Source of the DNA: Mobula hypostoma
Taxonomy: Eukaryota
Length of the DNA: 64,000 nt
Reading direction: 5' to 3'
Assembly: GCF_963921235.1 (NCBI RefSeq)
Contig: NC_086101.1
Span: forward strand, 6,264,001 to 6,328,000
Shown here: positions 28,401-39,879 of the stretch, one piece after another
How positions within the stretch are numbered: the stretch's first letter is position 1
How the letters are laid out: each line of letters begins with the position of its first letter
The notes under the pieces: generated by a model
The model's input: the letters and a program-made list of their open reading frames with translations, nothing else
Told to the model about the DNA's origin: nothing
The model's database searches: none
Translations under genes and position numbers: made by a program

Positions 28401-31400
28401 CCCCTGCTTTTATATTCCATCCCTCTCAAAATTAATGCTAACACTGCATTTGTCCTCCTTACCAACCCAACCAGCAAGTTAACCTTTAGGAAATCTTACA
28501 CAAGGTCTCCCAAATTCCCTTGCACTCTGACTTTTGAATTTTCTCCCCATTTAGAAAATAGTCTACACATTTCTTCTTTCGACCAAAGTGCATAATCATA
28601 CACCTACCGACATGATTTCCATATGCCAGTTTTTCCCAGTCCTCAGCCTTTCTACAAATTTTTGCAATGTTGTATGCCATCTAGAAACACAGAAAACCTA
28701 CAGCACAATACAGGCTCTTCGGCCCTCAAAGTTGGGCCGAACTTGTCCTAACCTTAGAAATTACCAGGCTTACACATAGCCCTCTATTTTTCTTACCTCC
28801 ATGTACCAATCCAAAAGTCTCTTAAAAGATCCTATTGTATCCGCCTCCACCACCATTGCCAGCAGCCCATTCCACGCACTCACTACTCTCCGAGTAAAAA
28901 ACTTAACCCTGACCCCTCCTCTGTTTCTACTCCCCAGCACCTTAAACCTGTGTCCTCTTGTGGCAACCATTTCAGCCCTGGGAAAAAGCCTCTGGCTATC
29001 CACACGATCAGTGCCTCTCATCATCTTACACACCACTATCAGATCACCTCTCATCTTCCGTTGCTCCAAGGAGAAAAGGCCGAGTTCACTCAACCTGTTT
29101 TCATAAGGCATGCTCCTCAATCCAGGCAACATCCTTGTATATCTCCTCTGCACCCTTTCCACAGCTTCCACATCCTTCCTGTAGTGAGGCGACCAGAACT
29201 GAGCACAGTACTCCAAGTGGGGTCTGACCAGGGTCCTATATAGCTGCAACATTACCTCTCGGCTCCTAAATTCAATTCCACGATTAATGAAAGCAAATAC
29301 ACCCCATGCCTTCTTAACCACAGGGTTCACCTGCGCAGCTGCTTTGAGCGTCCTATGGACTTGGACCACAAGATCCTTCTGATCCTCCACACTGCCAAGA
29401 GTCTTACCTTTAATACTATATTCTGCCATCATATTTGACCTACTAAAATGAACCACTTCACAATTATCTGGATGAACTCCATCTGCCACTTCTCAGCCCA
29501 GTTTTGCATCCTATCAATGGCCCGCTGTAACCTCTGACAGCCCTCCACACTATCCACCACACCCCCAACCTTGATGTCATCAGTGAACTTACTAACCTAT
29601 CCCTCCACTTCCTCATCCAGATCATTTATAAAAATCACGAAGAGTAAGGGTCCCAGAACAGATCCCTGAGGCACTCCACTGGGTCACCGACCTCCAAGCA
29701 GAATATGACTTGTCTACAACCACTCTTTGCCTCCTGTGGGCAAGCCAGTTCTGGATCCACGAAGCAATGTTCCCTTGGATCCCATGCCTCCTTACTTTCT
29801 CAATAAGCCTTGCATGGGGCACCTTATGAAATACCTTGCTGAAATCCTTATACGCTACATCTACTGCTCTTACTTCATCCGTGCATTTAGTCACATCCTC
29901 AAAAAAATCGATCAGGCTCGTAAGGCACAACCTGCCCTTGACAAAGCCATGCTGACTATCCTACTCATATTATACCACTCCAAATGTTCATAAATCCTGC
30001 CTCTCAGGATCTTCTCCATCAACTTACCAACCACTGAGATAAGACTCACTGGCCTATAATTTCCTGGGCTATCTCTACTCCCTTTCTTGAATAAAGAAAC
30101 AACATCCGCAACCCTCCCATCCTCCGGAACCTCCCCTGTCCTCATTGATGATGCAAAGATCATCGCCAGAGGCTCAGCAATCTTCTCCCTAGCCTCCCAC
30201 AGTAGCCTGGTGTACATCTCATCCGGTCCCAACGACTTATCCAACTTGATGTTTTCCAAAAGCTCCAGCACATCCTCTTTCTTAATATCTACATGCTCAA
30301 GCTTTTCAGTCTGCTGCAAGTCAGCACTACAATCACCAAGATCCTTTTCCATAGTGAATACTGAAGTAAAATATTCATTAACTACCTCTGCTATTTCCTC
30401 CAGTTCCATGCACACTTTCCCACTGTCACACTTGATAGGTCCTGTTCTTTCATGTCTTATCCTCTTGCTCTTCACATACTTGTAGAATGCCTTGGGGTTT
30501 TCTTAATCCTGCCCACCAAGACCTTCTTATTGCCCCTTCTGGTTCCCCAATTTCCTTTTTAAGCTCCTTCCTGTTAACCTTGTAATCTTTCAGATCTCGA
30601 ACATTACCTAGCTCTGATCCTTTTGTAAGCTTTTCTTTTCTTCTTGACGAGATTTATTATAGCCTTTGTGCACCTCGGTTCCTGTACCCTACCATAACTT
30701 CCCTGTCTCATTGGAATGTACCTATGCAGAACTCCACACAAATATCCCCTGAACATTTGCCACATTTCTTCCATACGTTCCCCTGAGAACATCTGTTCCC
30801 AATTTAAGATTCCAATCTCCTGCTTGATAGCCTCATAATTCCCCTTACTCCAATTAAACACTTTTCCAACTTGTCTGTTCCTATCTCTCTCCAATGCTAT
30901 TGTAAAGAAGATAGAATTAAGGAAGACCTGCCTCTTGGTTTTTTTGCACTAACTTACTTTCCATTTTTCTATTTTCTATTTATGATTTAACTTTAAATTT
31001 TAATATTTACTAACTTTATTTTTAATATTTAATATTGTTAATCCAGGGAGCAGAAAGTACAGAATCAAATACCGCTGTGATGATTGTACGTTCTAGTATC
31101 AATTGTTTGGTGACAATGAAGTATAAAGTATTATGATCACTATCTCCAAAACGCTCTCCCACTGAGAGATCTGACACCTGACCAAGTTCATTTCAAATTA
31201 CCAAATCAGGTACAGCTTCTCCTCTTGTAGGCTTATCTACATATTGTGTCAAGAAACCTTCCTGAACACACCTAACAAACTCCACCCCATCTAAACCCCT
31301 CACTCCATGGAGATGCCAATCAATATTTGGGAAATTAAAGTCTCCTATCACAACAAATCTGTTATTATTACACCTCTCCAGGATCTGTTTCCGTATCTGC

Positions 31401-34400
31401 TCCTCAATATCGCTCTCTTTTGCTTTTATGCTGTCCTTCATTTCCCTTGTCAGCCATGATTGCCTCATCATCCCTTTTGTAAACTTCATTGTCTTTGGGA
31501 TTTATCTAAACTGCGCCTTCCGAATTGCTTCCAGAAACTTCAGCCTTTGCTGCTTTGCAGTCATCTCTGCCAGTATCCACCTCCAATCAACTTTGCCATC
31601 TCCTCTCTCATGCCTCTGTAATTCCCTTTAGTCCACTGCAATACTGATACAACTGGCTTTATCTTATCCCTCTCAAACTGAAGGGTCAATTACATCTCTG
31701 GCACCTAAGGGTTCCTTTTCCTTAAACTCTCTGAATAATTGCACAACACCAAATCCGTAATACCTACTGGTGGGCTCAACCACAAGCTGCTCTAAAAAGC
31801 CACCTCATTGGCATTCTGCAATTGTGTATCATAAAGAAGGACAAATGAATCTTCGTATCTTTTACCTTGAATAACGGCATCAAGTGTTTCTCTCAATACT
31901 GTGTTCAAAAAATAGGGGTGATAGAATCTTTCAACTGGTAGGGCTCCATCTGTCAGTGACAATTCATAGACATCGTCACTAATCCTGTAAATATTAAACC
32001 CATGGTCACATTCTGCAATTTTGAATTGTTTCACAACTCCATAAAGAGTTTCAGTAAAGAGCGTGTCCTACCTCCTCTCCCGGCGAGCTTCCTCCTGGAA
32101 TAAATAAAACACAAATCTGAGAAGACTTAGGCTTATTGTCCACATCCTGAATTTCATCCAAGTCATTACAAGGTGTTACAAGTTCCCACTTCCGCAGTCA
32201 CTCACACACACAAACAGTTCAGAACCACAGAGAAAACTACAGAGAATGTTTCTGAAAATTATACCACAAATGAACAGATGCAACTGACAGGAAAGGCTGG
32301 ACAGGTTGTGTATTTTTTATCTGGATATGATGGCAGGATGATAAGATGGAGGAATATAGGATGAGTGATGGATTAAATTGGGTGCTGTTGGAGAAACCAT
32401 CTCTATTTATGGGGAGACCTTAAATTAAACATAAAGTGCCAGGTGGTTTAGCAAAAGAACGTGGAAGTCACTGCCACAAGAGTGGTAGAAGTGGAACAGC
32501 AGAGATTGAACAATGGCGCCTAATGGCGAATGTTTGCTTGCATCTTCGAAAACAGTCTTATTTCCATCTTTAATATCTCTATTTTTCTCTTTCAGGGTTC
32601 TTTTGGAGACCCTGAACTGGAGTTAGACGCTGACTACAGTTCTTTGCGAGAATGGATCCCGCTCTCGGGATTCCACAATCAGCCACTATTTGACGTGTCG
32701 GAGCCTCGGCCTACGGTTTTGGCACGTCTCCAGCAGCCTCAGCTCTCAAGCAACTGGAGACGGGCAAATCAAGGGTCGGTGTCACCAACGGAAACCCGTG
32801 TGTCGTTGGGGGAGTCGGAACATCTGCTGTACACCTGGGGATCTGAGAAGCTTGTAATCTCCAGGCACAGAGCTCGGAAAAAGTGATGTAACGAACTTTT
32901 AACATCATCATCCAGCGAGTTGTTCATTATCTCCCCGCTGGCTGGAAACAAAATGGAGTCACCTCTTTCTCCCTTATTAGGAGAAAGAGAGCCTGCAGTG
33001 TGTCGAACTACGGGGTGACTGCAAGTCTGTGACTTTGTTATCACTTAGCTCACGCTGAGTGCTGGTTGTGGGCTCGCTTTATTTTCGCCGGTGGGGGGTG
33101 GGGGGGATTGTTGCTCGCTGTCGCTTACGCATGGGAGGGAGGGGAGCGGGGGAGAACTTTGGGCTTCTAACATTTGACTGTCGTTCATTCTTTGGGGCAC
33201 TTCTCTGTTTTCGTGGATGGTTGTGAAGAAAAAGCATTTCAGGATTTATACTGTATACATGTCTCTGACAGTAAATTGTACCTTTGAACCTGAGTGGGGA
33301 AGTTCGATAAACACATGGAGTTTGGGACACTGTTTCTGGGCGTGGTGAGGAGGTGGGATGAGGCTTGTTAAACAGGGAAACTGATAGGAGAAAATGGATT
33401 GAAAGACCTGTCTATGATGTAAATTGGGATATAATCCGATGAACAGTATATATGAAAAAGAAAACAGACAGTGCAAAATTCTCTAAAACAGTTAATCTGA
33501 TACAATCTGGATATAGATGGTATACATGGTAAGTTTGATGTGTGGGTCACATTCTGAAATTCAACCTCAGTTCCCACTGATCGACACAACCACCACACCA
33601 GACACACTCACAGCCTGTGACTGTAACTGGGTGTTACTCTGAGTATCAGGGGATATTATACGTGGGAATCACAGAAACGATCACCAGCTCAGTGCAATGG
33701 TCAGAGTAACTCATTCCCGAGAAGGTTGCAGACTGTCCTGTGATGTACAGATGTTGTGAGAGGCCGGTTTGGGGACAACAATCTGGAACAGTCAAAACAT
33801 CTGTCTGCTTTAAATCAGTTTAACAGGCATCCGTTAGTCTCGTGAGACCATGAATTTGCACCTTGGAAGGTTTCCAGGGCGCAGGCCTAGGCAAAGTTGT
33901 ATGGAAGACCGGCACCCTCCACGCCACCGATGTTGTCCAAGGGAAAGGCACAAGGGCCGATGCAGTTTGGCACCAGTGTCATCGCAGAGCAGTGTGTGGT
34001 TAAGTGCCTTGCTCAAGGACACAACACGCTTCCTCAGCTGAGGCTCAAACTAGCGACCTTCGGATCACTAGTCTGATGCCTTAACCACTTGGCCATGCGC
34101 CAACACAAATCAGTTTACAACTACAATATTTGTAAAGACCACGTTGATTCAAAATACATTATTCTGTCACTGTGCACTCTGTCACTGTCTACAGAAACCA
34201 ACTCAAAACTCTCACCATGAGAAACATCACATTTTCTTGTTCATCCATCTGTTCTTGTAACTTGGTAATTTCCTGCTGGATAGAATCTAAATTCTCTTGA
34301 ATCTCTCGAAGATTTTTCTCCATTGGATTAAGAATCCTCTCCTCTTCTTCCCTGAGATCTCGGAGTGTGTGCTGCTCTTTTTCGGTGATAATCCGGCGCA

Positions 34401-37400
34401 GTTCGGCAAACTGGGATGTGATGCGGGCCTGAACGTTGTGTGACTGTTCCTGTCGAATGAAGGGAGAGGCTAGTTTATTATTTGGCTGTAAAGTATTTCC
34501 TTATGACATGGAAAGTGACCATTCAGTCCATTAAATTATATGTGAGTTCACAGAGCTTCAGTCCCACTCACTCACTTTCCCTGAAACAGGAGAACACTAG
34601 AGCACTAGAACACCACAGCACAGGCCCTTCAGCCCTCGATGTTGTGCCGACCCATATATTCCTAAAATAAAAGTACTAAACCCACTCTACTCCATAACCC
34701 TCTATTTTTCTTTCATCTATGTGCCTGTCCAAGAGGCTCTGAAATACTCCTAATGTTTTAGCCTCCACCACCATCCCTGGCAAGTCATTCCAGGCACCCA
34801 CAACCCACTGTGTAAAAAACTTACCCCTGATGTCTCCCCTGAACTTCCCTCCCTTAACTTTGTACATACGCCCTCTGGTGTTTGCTATTCATGCCCTGGG
34901 AAACAGGTACTGGCTATCCACCCTATCTATGCCTCTCATAATCTTGTGGACCTCTATCAAGTCCCCTCTCATCCTTCTATGCTCCAAAGAGAAAATTCCC
35001 AGCTCTGCTGACCTTGACTCATAAGACTTGTTTTCCAATACAGGCAACATCCTGGTAAATCTCCTCTGCACCCTCAAAAATAGCTTCCACATCCTTCCTG
35101 TAATAAGGTGAGCAGAATTGAACACAATACTCTAAGTGTGGTCTCACCAGAGATTTGTAGAGTTGCAACATGACCGCTCTGCTCTTGAACTCAATCCCCC
35201 TATTAATGAAGCCTAGCATCCCATAGGCCTTCTTAACTATCCTATCAACCTGTGCAGCGACTTTGAGGGATGTATGGGTTTGAACCCCAAGGTCCCTCTG
35301 TTCATCAACACTCTTAAGTAACTGACCATTAACCCTGTACTCAGCCTTCTGGTTTGTCCTTCCAAGATGCATCACCTCTCACTTATCCGGATTGAACTCC
35401 ATCTGCCACCTTTCTGCCCAACTCTGCATCCTATGTCCTCTTGTAACCTTCGACAACCTACAGCTCAATCCACAACTCCAGCTCCAATCTTCATGTCATC
35501 CGCAAACATACTCACCCATCCTTCCGCCTCTTCATCCAGGTCATTGCAAAAAATCACAGGGGTCCCAGGACAGATCCTTCCGGCACTCCACTGGACACCA
35601 ACCTCCAGGCAGAATACATTCCTTCCACTACTACCCTCTGCTTTCCTCCTGTAAGCCAATTTTTTATCCAAACAGCCAAGGTTCCACTGATCCCATGCCT
35701 CATGACTTTCTGGATGAGTCTCTCGTGGGGGACCTTCTCAAATGCCTTGCTAAAATCCATGTAGACCAAATCTACTGCCCTACCCTCATCAATTTCTTTT
35801 GTTACCTCTTAAAAAAACTCAATGAGGCTCGTGAGGCATGACCTTCCCTTCACAAAGCCATGTTGACTATCCTTGAGTAGACTGTATTTCTCCAAATGCT
35901 CGTAGATCCTATCCTTAAGAATCCTTTCCAATAGTTTGCAGACCACCGACGTAAGAGTCACCGGTCTATAATTCCCAGGATTCTCACTATTACCTTTTTT
36001 AAACAAGGGAACTACATTTGCCATTCTCCAGTCCTCTGGCACCTCTCCTACAGCCAAAGAGGATTCAAAGATCATAGCTACTGTTCCGGTGATCTCTTCT
36101 CTCACTTCCCACAGCAACCTGGAGTATATCATGTCCGGCCCTGGGGACTTATCAATCTTAAACAACAGGAATTCTGCAGATGCTGGAAATTCAAGCAACA
36201 TACATCAAAGTTGCTGGTGAACGCAGCAGGCCAAGCAGCATCTATAGGAAGAGGCGCAGTCGACGTTTCAGGCCGAGACCCTTCGTCAGGACTAACTGAA
36301 GGAAGAGTGAGTAAGGGATTTGAAAGCTGGAGGGGGAGGGGGAGATGCAAAATGACAGGAGAAGACAGGAGGGGGAGGGATAGAGCCGAGAGCTGGACAG
36401 GTGATAGGCAAAAGGGGATACGAGAGGATCATGGGACAGGAGGTCCGGGAAGAAAGACAGGGGGGGGGGCGACCCAGAGGATGGCCAAGAGGTATATTCA
36501 GAGGGACAGAGGGAGAAAAAGGAGAGTGAGAGAAAGAATGTGTGCATAAAAATGAGTAACAGATGGGGTACGAGGGGGAGGTGGGGCCTAGCGGAAGTTA
36601 GAGAAGTGAGGCTAGGCCCCACCTCCCCCTCGTACCCCATCTGTTACTCATTTTTATGCACACATTCTTTCTCTCACTCTCCTTTTTCTCCCTCTGTCCC
36701 TCTGAATATACCTCTTGCCCATCCTCTGGGTCACCCCCCCCCCCACCTTGTCTTTCTTCCCGGACCTCCTGTCCCATGATCCTCTCGTATCCCCTTTTGC
36801 CTATCACCTGTCCAGCTCTCGGCTCTATCCCTCCCCCTCCTGTCTTCTCCTATCATTTTGCATCTCCCCCCTCCCTCCAACTTTCAAATCCCTTACTCAT
36901 TCTTCCTTCAGTTAGTCCTGACAAAGGGTCTCGGCCTGAAACATCGACTGCGCCTCTTCCTATAGATGCTGCTTGGCCTGCTGCGTTCACCAGCAACTTT
37001 GATGTATGTGACTTATCAATCTTGATGTTTTTAAGATCCAACACTTCTTCTTCCTTCATCTCCACAGTGTCCAGCACACAGGCCTGTTCTATTTCGACCT
37101 CACCGTGATCAGGGTCCTTTTCTCTTGTGAATACTGAAGCAAAGTATTCATTTAGGACCTCCGCAACCCCCTCCGCCCCTAGGCACATGTTGCCTTCTTT
37201 ATCCTTTAGCGGCCCCACCTTCATTCTTGTCATCCTTCTGTTCTTCACATACACATAGAACACCTTGGGGTTCCCCTTAATCCTACATGCCAAGGCCTTT
37301 TCATGCCCCCTTCCAGCTTTCCTAAGCCCTTTCTTAAGCTCCTTCCTGGCTACCCTATATTTCTCATGAGCCCCTCCTGCTTCCTGCTTCTTATATCTAA

Positions 37401-39698
37401 CATATGGTTCCTGTTCCTCTTGACGAGTTGCCTCACGTGTTTCGTCAGCCACGGTTCCCTTTTCCTACCATTTTCTCCTTGTCTCAGTGGGACAAACCTA
37501 TCCTGAACCCAGCACAAGTAGTCCCTAAACTTCCTCCACATTACTTCTGTGCTATCACCCTCGAACATCTGTTTCCAATTTACTCTCGCTACTTCTTGCC
37601 TCATTCCGTCATAGTTAGCCCTTCCCCAGTTAAGCCCTTTCCTATTTTGTCTGTTTTTATCTTTTTCCATAGCTATGCTGAAGCTAAGGGAGTTGTGGTC
37701 ACTCTCACCAAAATGCTCCCCCACCAAGAGGTCTGCCAGCTGACCAGGTTCATTACCCAGAACTAGATCCAGTATGGCCTCTCCTCTCGTTGTCTGGTCA
37801 ACGTACTGTGTCAGGAATCCTTCTGAAACACACCTGACAAATTCAGCCCCTTGTAGTCAGGAGGTGCCAGTCAATATGAGGGAAGTCGAAATCACCCATA
37901 ACTACAACCCTGTATTTCCTGCACCATTCTAAAATCTGCCTGCTTATCTGCACCTCGGTGTTCTGAGGGCTATTTGGGGGCCTATAGACTACTCCCAGCA
38001 CAGTGATTGATCCCTTCCTATTTCTGACTTCCACCCACACCGACTGAGTGGACACTCCCTCTGCAGCGTCCTCCCTTTCTATGGCTGTGATACTATCCCT
38101 GACCAGTAATGCTACTCCTCCCCTTTTCTACCTCCCATCCTCTTCCTTTTAAAACACCCAAACCCCCGCACCTGCATCAGCCAATCCTGCCCTTCCTCCA
38201 GCCAAGTTTCAGTAATGGCCACAACATCGTAGTTCCACATACTGATCCATACTCTAAGTTCATCCCCTTTATTCCAAATACTCCTAGCATTGAAATAGAC
38301 ACATTTCAACTCCTCTAACTGGCTACATTTATGTTTTGTCCCCTGCCTGGCCCTCCTCACCAACTCAGAGCACACAGCATCATGCCCTTGTCCTTCTACC
38401 CTAATCTCTGCACTCACATTCTGATTCCCACCCCCCCCCCGCCAAACTAGCTTAAACCCTCCCCAACAGCTCTAGCAAACCTGCCCGCCAGGATATTGGT
38501 CCCTTTCCACTTCAGGTGCAGCCCGTCCTTTTTGTACAGGTCAGACCTTCCCCAGAAGAGATCCCAATGATCCAGAAATCTGAACCCCTGCCCCCTGCAC
38601 CAACTCTTCAGCCACACATTCAACTGCCATGACTTCCTGTTCCTACCCTCTCTGTCTCGCAGCACAGGCGGCAATCCCGAGGTTACCACCCTTGAGGTCC
38701 TGCTTTTTAACCTTTCCTAACTCCCTATATTCCTTCTTCAGGACCTCATCCCTATTCCTATCTATGTCATTGGTCCCCACGTGGACCACATTCCTCACAA
38801 TTGTTCCTCACTGACCCATTCATTTACACTTGATTCACAGACCACCCACCTTCATAGGGTTAATTAAGGAGAGAATTAAACATTCAACCAGGATTTCTTG
38901 GCAATGTCGGCCCATCGAGTTCACAAGGAGTACATGCAAACTCCCCGCAGACAGCACAAAAGGCCAGGATCGAAAATAATCACCAAAGCTGATATTCTGC
39001 ACGAAAGGGAACAAAACTACACAACATTGGAAATTCTCCCCAAGAAGCCTCACCCGAACTCCGGAAATCTTCTCCTTCTGTTGCCGCTCCATTTCCTCCA
39101 GCTCGGATTTCTTTTCTGTGAGAGATTCGAACGCAGATTTAACCCGGTCCTGGGAAGCAGAGAGTGAAGGAATTAGACAATAAAGATGCAGTGCCAATTC
39201 GGGCCAGTTTATTTCAAAGTCACCCAGGGATAGAAAATAAATATGTAATGAAAAAAAAACCAGGTGATTAAAATCGATTTGTTTTACCCTGTGGACTTCA
39301 GCAGCTTCTATAATCGGCAGGAAGCGGTGCTCTCTGTGTTCCCGCGTATCTCTACAGATCACACAGAGCAGTTTCCTGTCGTTTTCACAAAACAGCTTCA
39401 TTTCTTCATCATGTTCCTCGCAGTGAAGTTTACTTTCCTTCTCTTTCGGATTCAGGTTTAGTTTTCGAGCTTTCTCAGACAGATTTGCTAAGGCCCGATT
39501 GACCCTGAGGGTGCGGTCCGCAAACTCCTCTCTACATTCCGGGCAGGAGTTTCTCTCCTCCCTTTCCCAACACCGTGTGATACAGGAGCGACAGAAGTTG
39601 TGTCCACAGTCCAGTATAACCGGATCGGTGAAGAAATCCAGGCAGATGGGACAAATTACCTCGTCGGTCCAACTCTCGACCTGTCCTTTCGAAGCCAT
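6926..39698 (-). CDS. Class IV TRIM E3 ligase gene (RING-B-box2-coiled coil-B30.2/PRY-SPRY; TRIM39/TRIM27/zinc-binding protein A33/NF7-like); join(39698..39288,39149..39054,34449..34216,32094..32072,31984..31866,7458..6926), 471 aa
   Basis: All introns are GT..AG and the phases (0,0,0,2,1) are mutually consistent. The exon sum of 1416 bp = 472 codons with no internal stop. The 96/234/23/119-bp exon pattern is typical of vertebrate RBCC-B30.2 TRIMs. Confidence 0.92.
7975..8178 (+). mobile_element. V-SINE (HE1-like) fragment
   Basis: catgactgcgtgggtttcccccagatgctctggtttcctcc core. Confidence 0.6.
8180..8830 (-). mobile_element. CR1 RT fragment
   Basis: YKTLVRPHLEQCVQFWSPCYKRDV. Confidence 0.8.
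9345..9835 (-). mobile_element. Old Penelope-like element pseudo-LTR remnant with a degenerate hammerhead motif (9405-9440)
   Basis: Minus strand reads agtcctgatgtacgg...gaaacgtcgac, with a terminus resembling the other PLE ends. Confidence 0.6.
10218..10382. mobile_element. Miniature fold-back PLE derivative
   Basis: ~40-bp inverted arms and a 14-bp TSD aaagaatgaatgct (10204-10217 / 10383-10396). Confidence 0.75.
12091..12300. mobile_element. Miniature fold-back PLE derivative inserted in L1 ORF1
   Basis: ~80-bp inverted arms with an imperfect TSD tacagtggagga/tacattggagga. Confidence 0.8.
14595..17062 (+). mobile_element. 5'-truncated CR1 LINE nested in L1 ORF2
   Basis: KSPGPD, NYRPVSLTS, DFSKAFDKVPH motifs; (TTCTATGG) tail; TSD ggttgg. 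The L1 frame AFDSVGW|VFLYRVLERF rejoins across it. Confidence 0.92.
16234..16289 (-). mobile_element. 56-bp PLE terminal fragment nested in CR1
   Basis: TSD caaggtagaaca (16222-16233 / 16290-16301). Confidence 0.75.
19103..22845 (-). mobile_element. Near full-length CR1 LINE (SGNH-esterase ORF1 remnant; APE-RT ORF2) nested in the L1 3'UTR
   Basis: 388-aa open RT stretch (19174-20340: PQGSVLGP, KFADD); APE YLNARSIRNK/GDFN/SDH; ORF1 VVIHVGTNDI; (TTCTATG) tail. Confidence 0.93.
23330..28091 (+). mobile_element. Decayed hAT transposon (Buster/Charlie; ZBED5/SCAND3-like transposase), split by a CR1
   Basis: RLYNESYFSIALTQTGD..ICG..LKRHL (BED-like) and IQADESTD..FVRFV..FFCCKEL..GQDI. It continues after 27130 and ends in a TIR-like gagaaaggctg. 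Confidence 0.75.
24015..27125 (+). mobile_element. CR1 LINE with nearly complete ORF2 (frameshifted)
   Basis: ORFs 24135-25172 (APE), 25207-26199 (RT) and 26223-26879 (C-terminus). Confidence 0.93.
28095..31820 (-). mobile_element. Older CR1 fragments with a younger CR1 (28681-31411, minus strand) nested inside
   Basis: RT/C-terminal ORFs at 28770-29489 and 29912-30475. The host CR1 rejoins as tgtatgcc|..ctctcttttgc. Confidence 0.85.
31866..31984 (-). CDS. TRIM exon 5 (119 bp, linker 2)
   Basis: tttacag|GATTAGT...ATTCAAG|gtaaaa; encodes ISDDVYELSLTDGALPVERFYHPYFLNTVLRETLDAVIQ. The phase-1 end matches exon 6. Confidence 0.88.
32072..32094 (-). CDS. TRIM exon 4 (23-bp micro-exon)
   Basis: ttccag|GAGGAAGCTCGCCGGGAGAGGAG|gtagg; encodes EEARRER plus a phase-2 overhang that fits exon 5. 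Confidence 0.88.
32510..33290 (+). mobile_element. Unclassified non-autonomous repeat; partial second copy at ~45155-45540
   Basis: Shared sequence aatggagtc..ttattagg..gagagcctgcag...gggggattgttgctc...ctttgaacc tail. No ORF is recognisable. Confidence 0.55.
33823..34106 (-). mobile_element. tRNA-derived SINE with a CORE-like body and RTE-like tail
   Basis: A-box tggccaagtgg, B-box-like agtttgagcc, ccttgagcaaggcacttaac; 11-bp TSD aaatcagttta (33812-33822 / 34107-34117). Confidence 0.75.
34216..34449 (-). CDS. TRIM exon 3 (234 bp, coiled coil)
   Basis: cgacag|GAACAG...CTCATG|gtgag; encodes EQSHNVQARITSQFAELRRIITEKEQHTLRDLREEEERILNPMEKNLREIQ...VMFLM. It is absent from the ORF track and was read manually. 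Confidence 0.92.
36160..37009. mobile_element. 850-bp fold-back of two inverted PLE pseudo-LTRs nested in CR1
   Basis: Arms ~36198-36590 and ~36610-37009 are reverse complements. 14-bp TSD gacttatcaatctt (36146-36159 / 37010-37023). Confidence 0.9.
36258..36293 (-). ncRNA. Minimal type I hammerhead ribozyme motif (PLE-associated)
   Basis: AGUC-CUGACGA-AGG(gucucgg)CCU-GAA-ACGU-C-GACU: stem I AGUC/GACU, stem II AGG/CCU, palindromic ACGU helix III, GUC cleavage triplet. Confidence 0.75.
38815..38990 (-). mobile_element. V-SINE/HE1-like fragment
   Basis: Minus strand gtgctgtctgcggggagtttgcatgtactccttgtg. Confidence 0.5.
39054..39149 (-). CDS. TRIM exon 2 (96 bp, coiled coil)
   Basis: ttcccag|GACCGG...GTTCGG|gtgagg; encodes DRVKSAFESLTEKKSELEEMERQQKEKISGVR. 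Confidence 0.92.
39288..39698 (-). CDS. TRIM exon 1: C3HC4 RING + B-box2
   Basis: MASKGQVESWTDEVICPICLDFFTDPVILDCGHNFCRSC...CPEC (RING) and CEEH..LFCEND..LCVIC..H..H (B-box). The exon ends at CAC AGG|gtaaaa. Confidence 0.95.
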
Positions 39699-39752
39699 TT
39701 TAACTCCCGGTACTTCCTGGTTCAGGATCCTTACGTGGAGCCGGGGAATGTC

Positions 39753-39785
39753 TGCAGTACCGCGATTGTCCTCTAGGGGCGCCGA
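39753..39785 (+). promoter_or_regulatory. Candidate CTCF site just upstream of the TRIM start codon
   Basis: TGCAGTACC-N5-TGTCCTCTAGGGGCGCC resembles the CTCF upstream module plus core. The core is imperfect. Confidence 0.35.
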
Positions 39786-39879
39786 AGTGTCGGGGAATGA
39801 TCGTTCTGTTCCTACAAGTGTTCAAAGGGGCCGTTTCCAAAACAAGATGGGATCAGGAGCACATTAAACAGGTGGGAAC

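Larger units (their letters stand above)
34591..38788 (-). mobile_element. Near full-length CR1 LINE in TRIM intron 2
   Basis: Esterase ORF1 remnant (WLKSWCRGQGFRFLDHW..KDGLHL); APE YFNARSI; RT fragments. Confidence 0.9.

Noticed and set aside
38835..39698. 287-aa ORF as a single-exon protein
   Set aside because: It reads through introns 1 and 2. Canonical splice sites give the standard six-exon TRIM.
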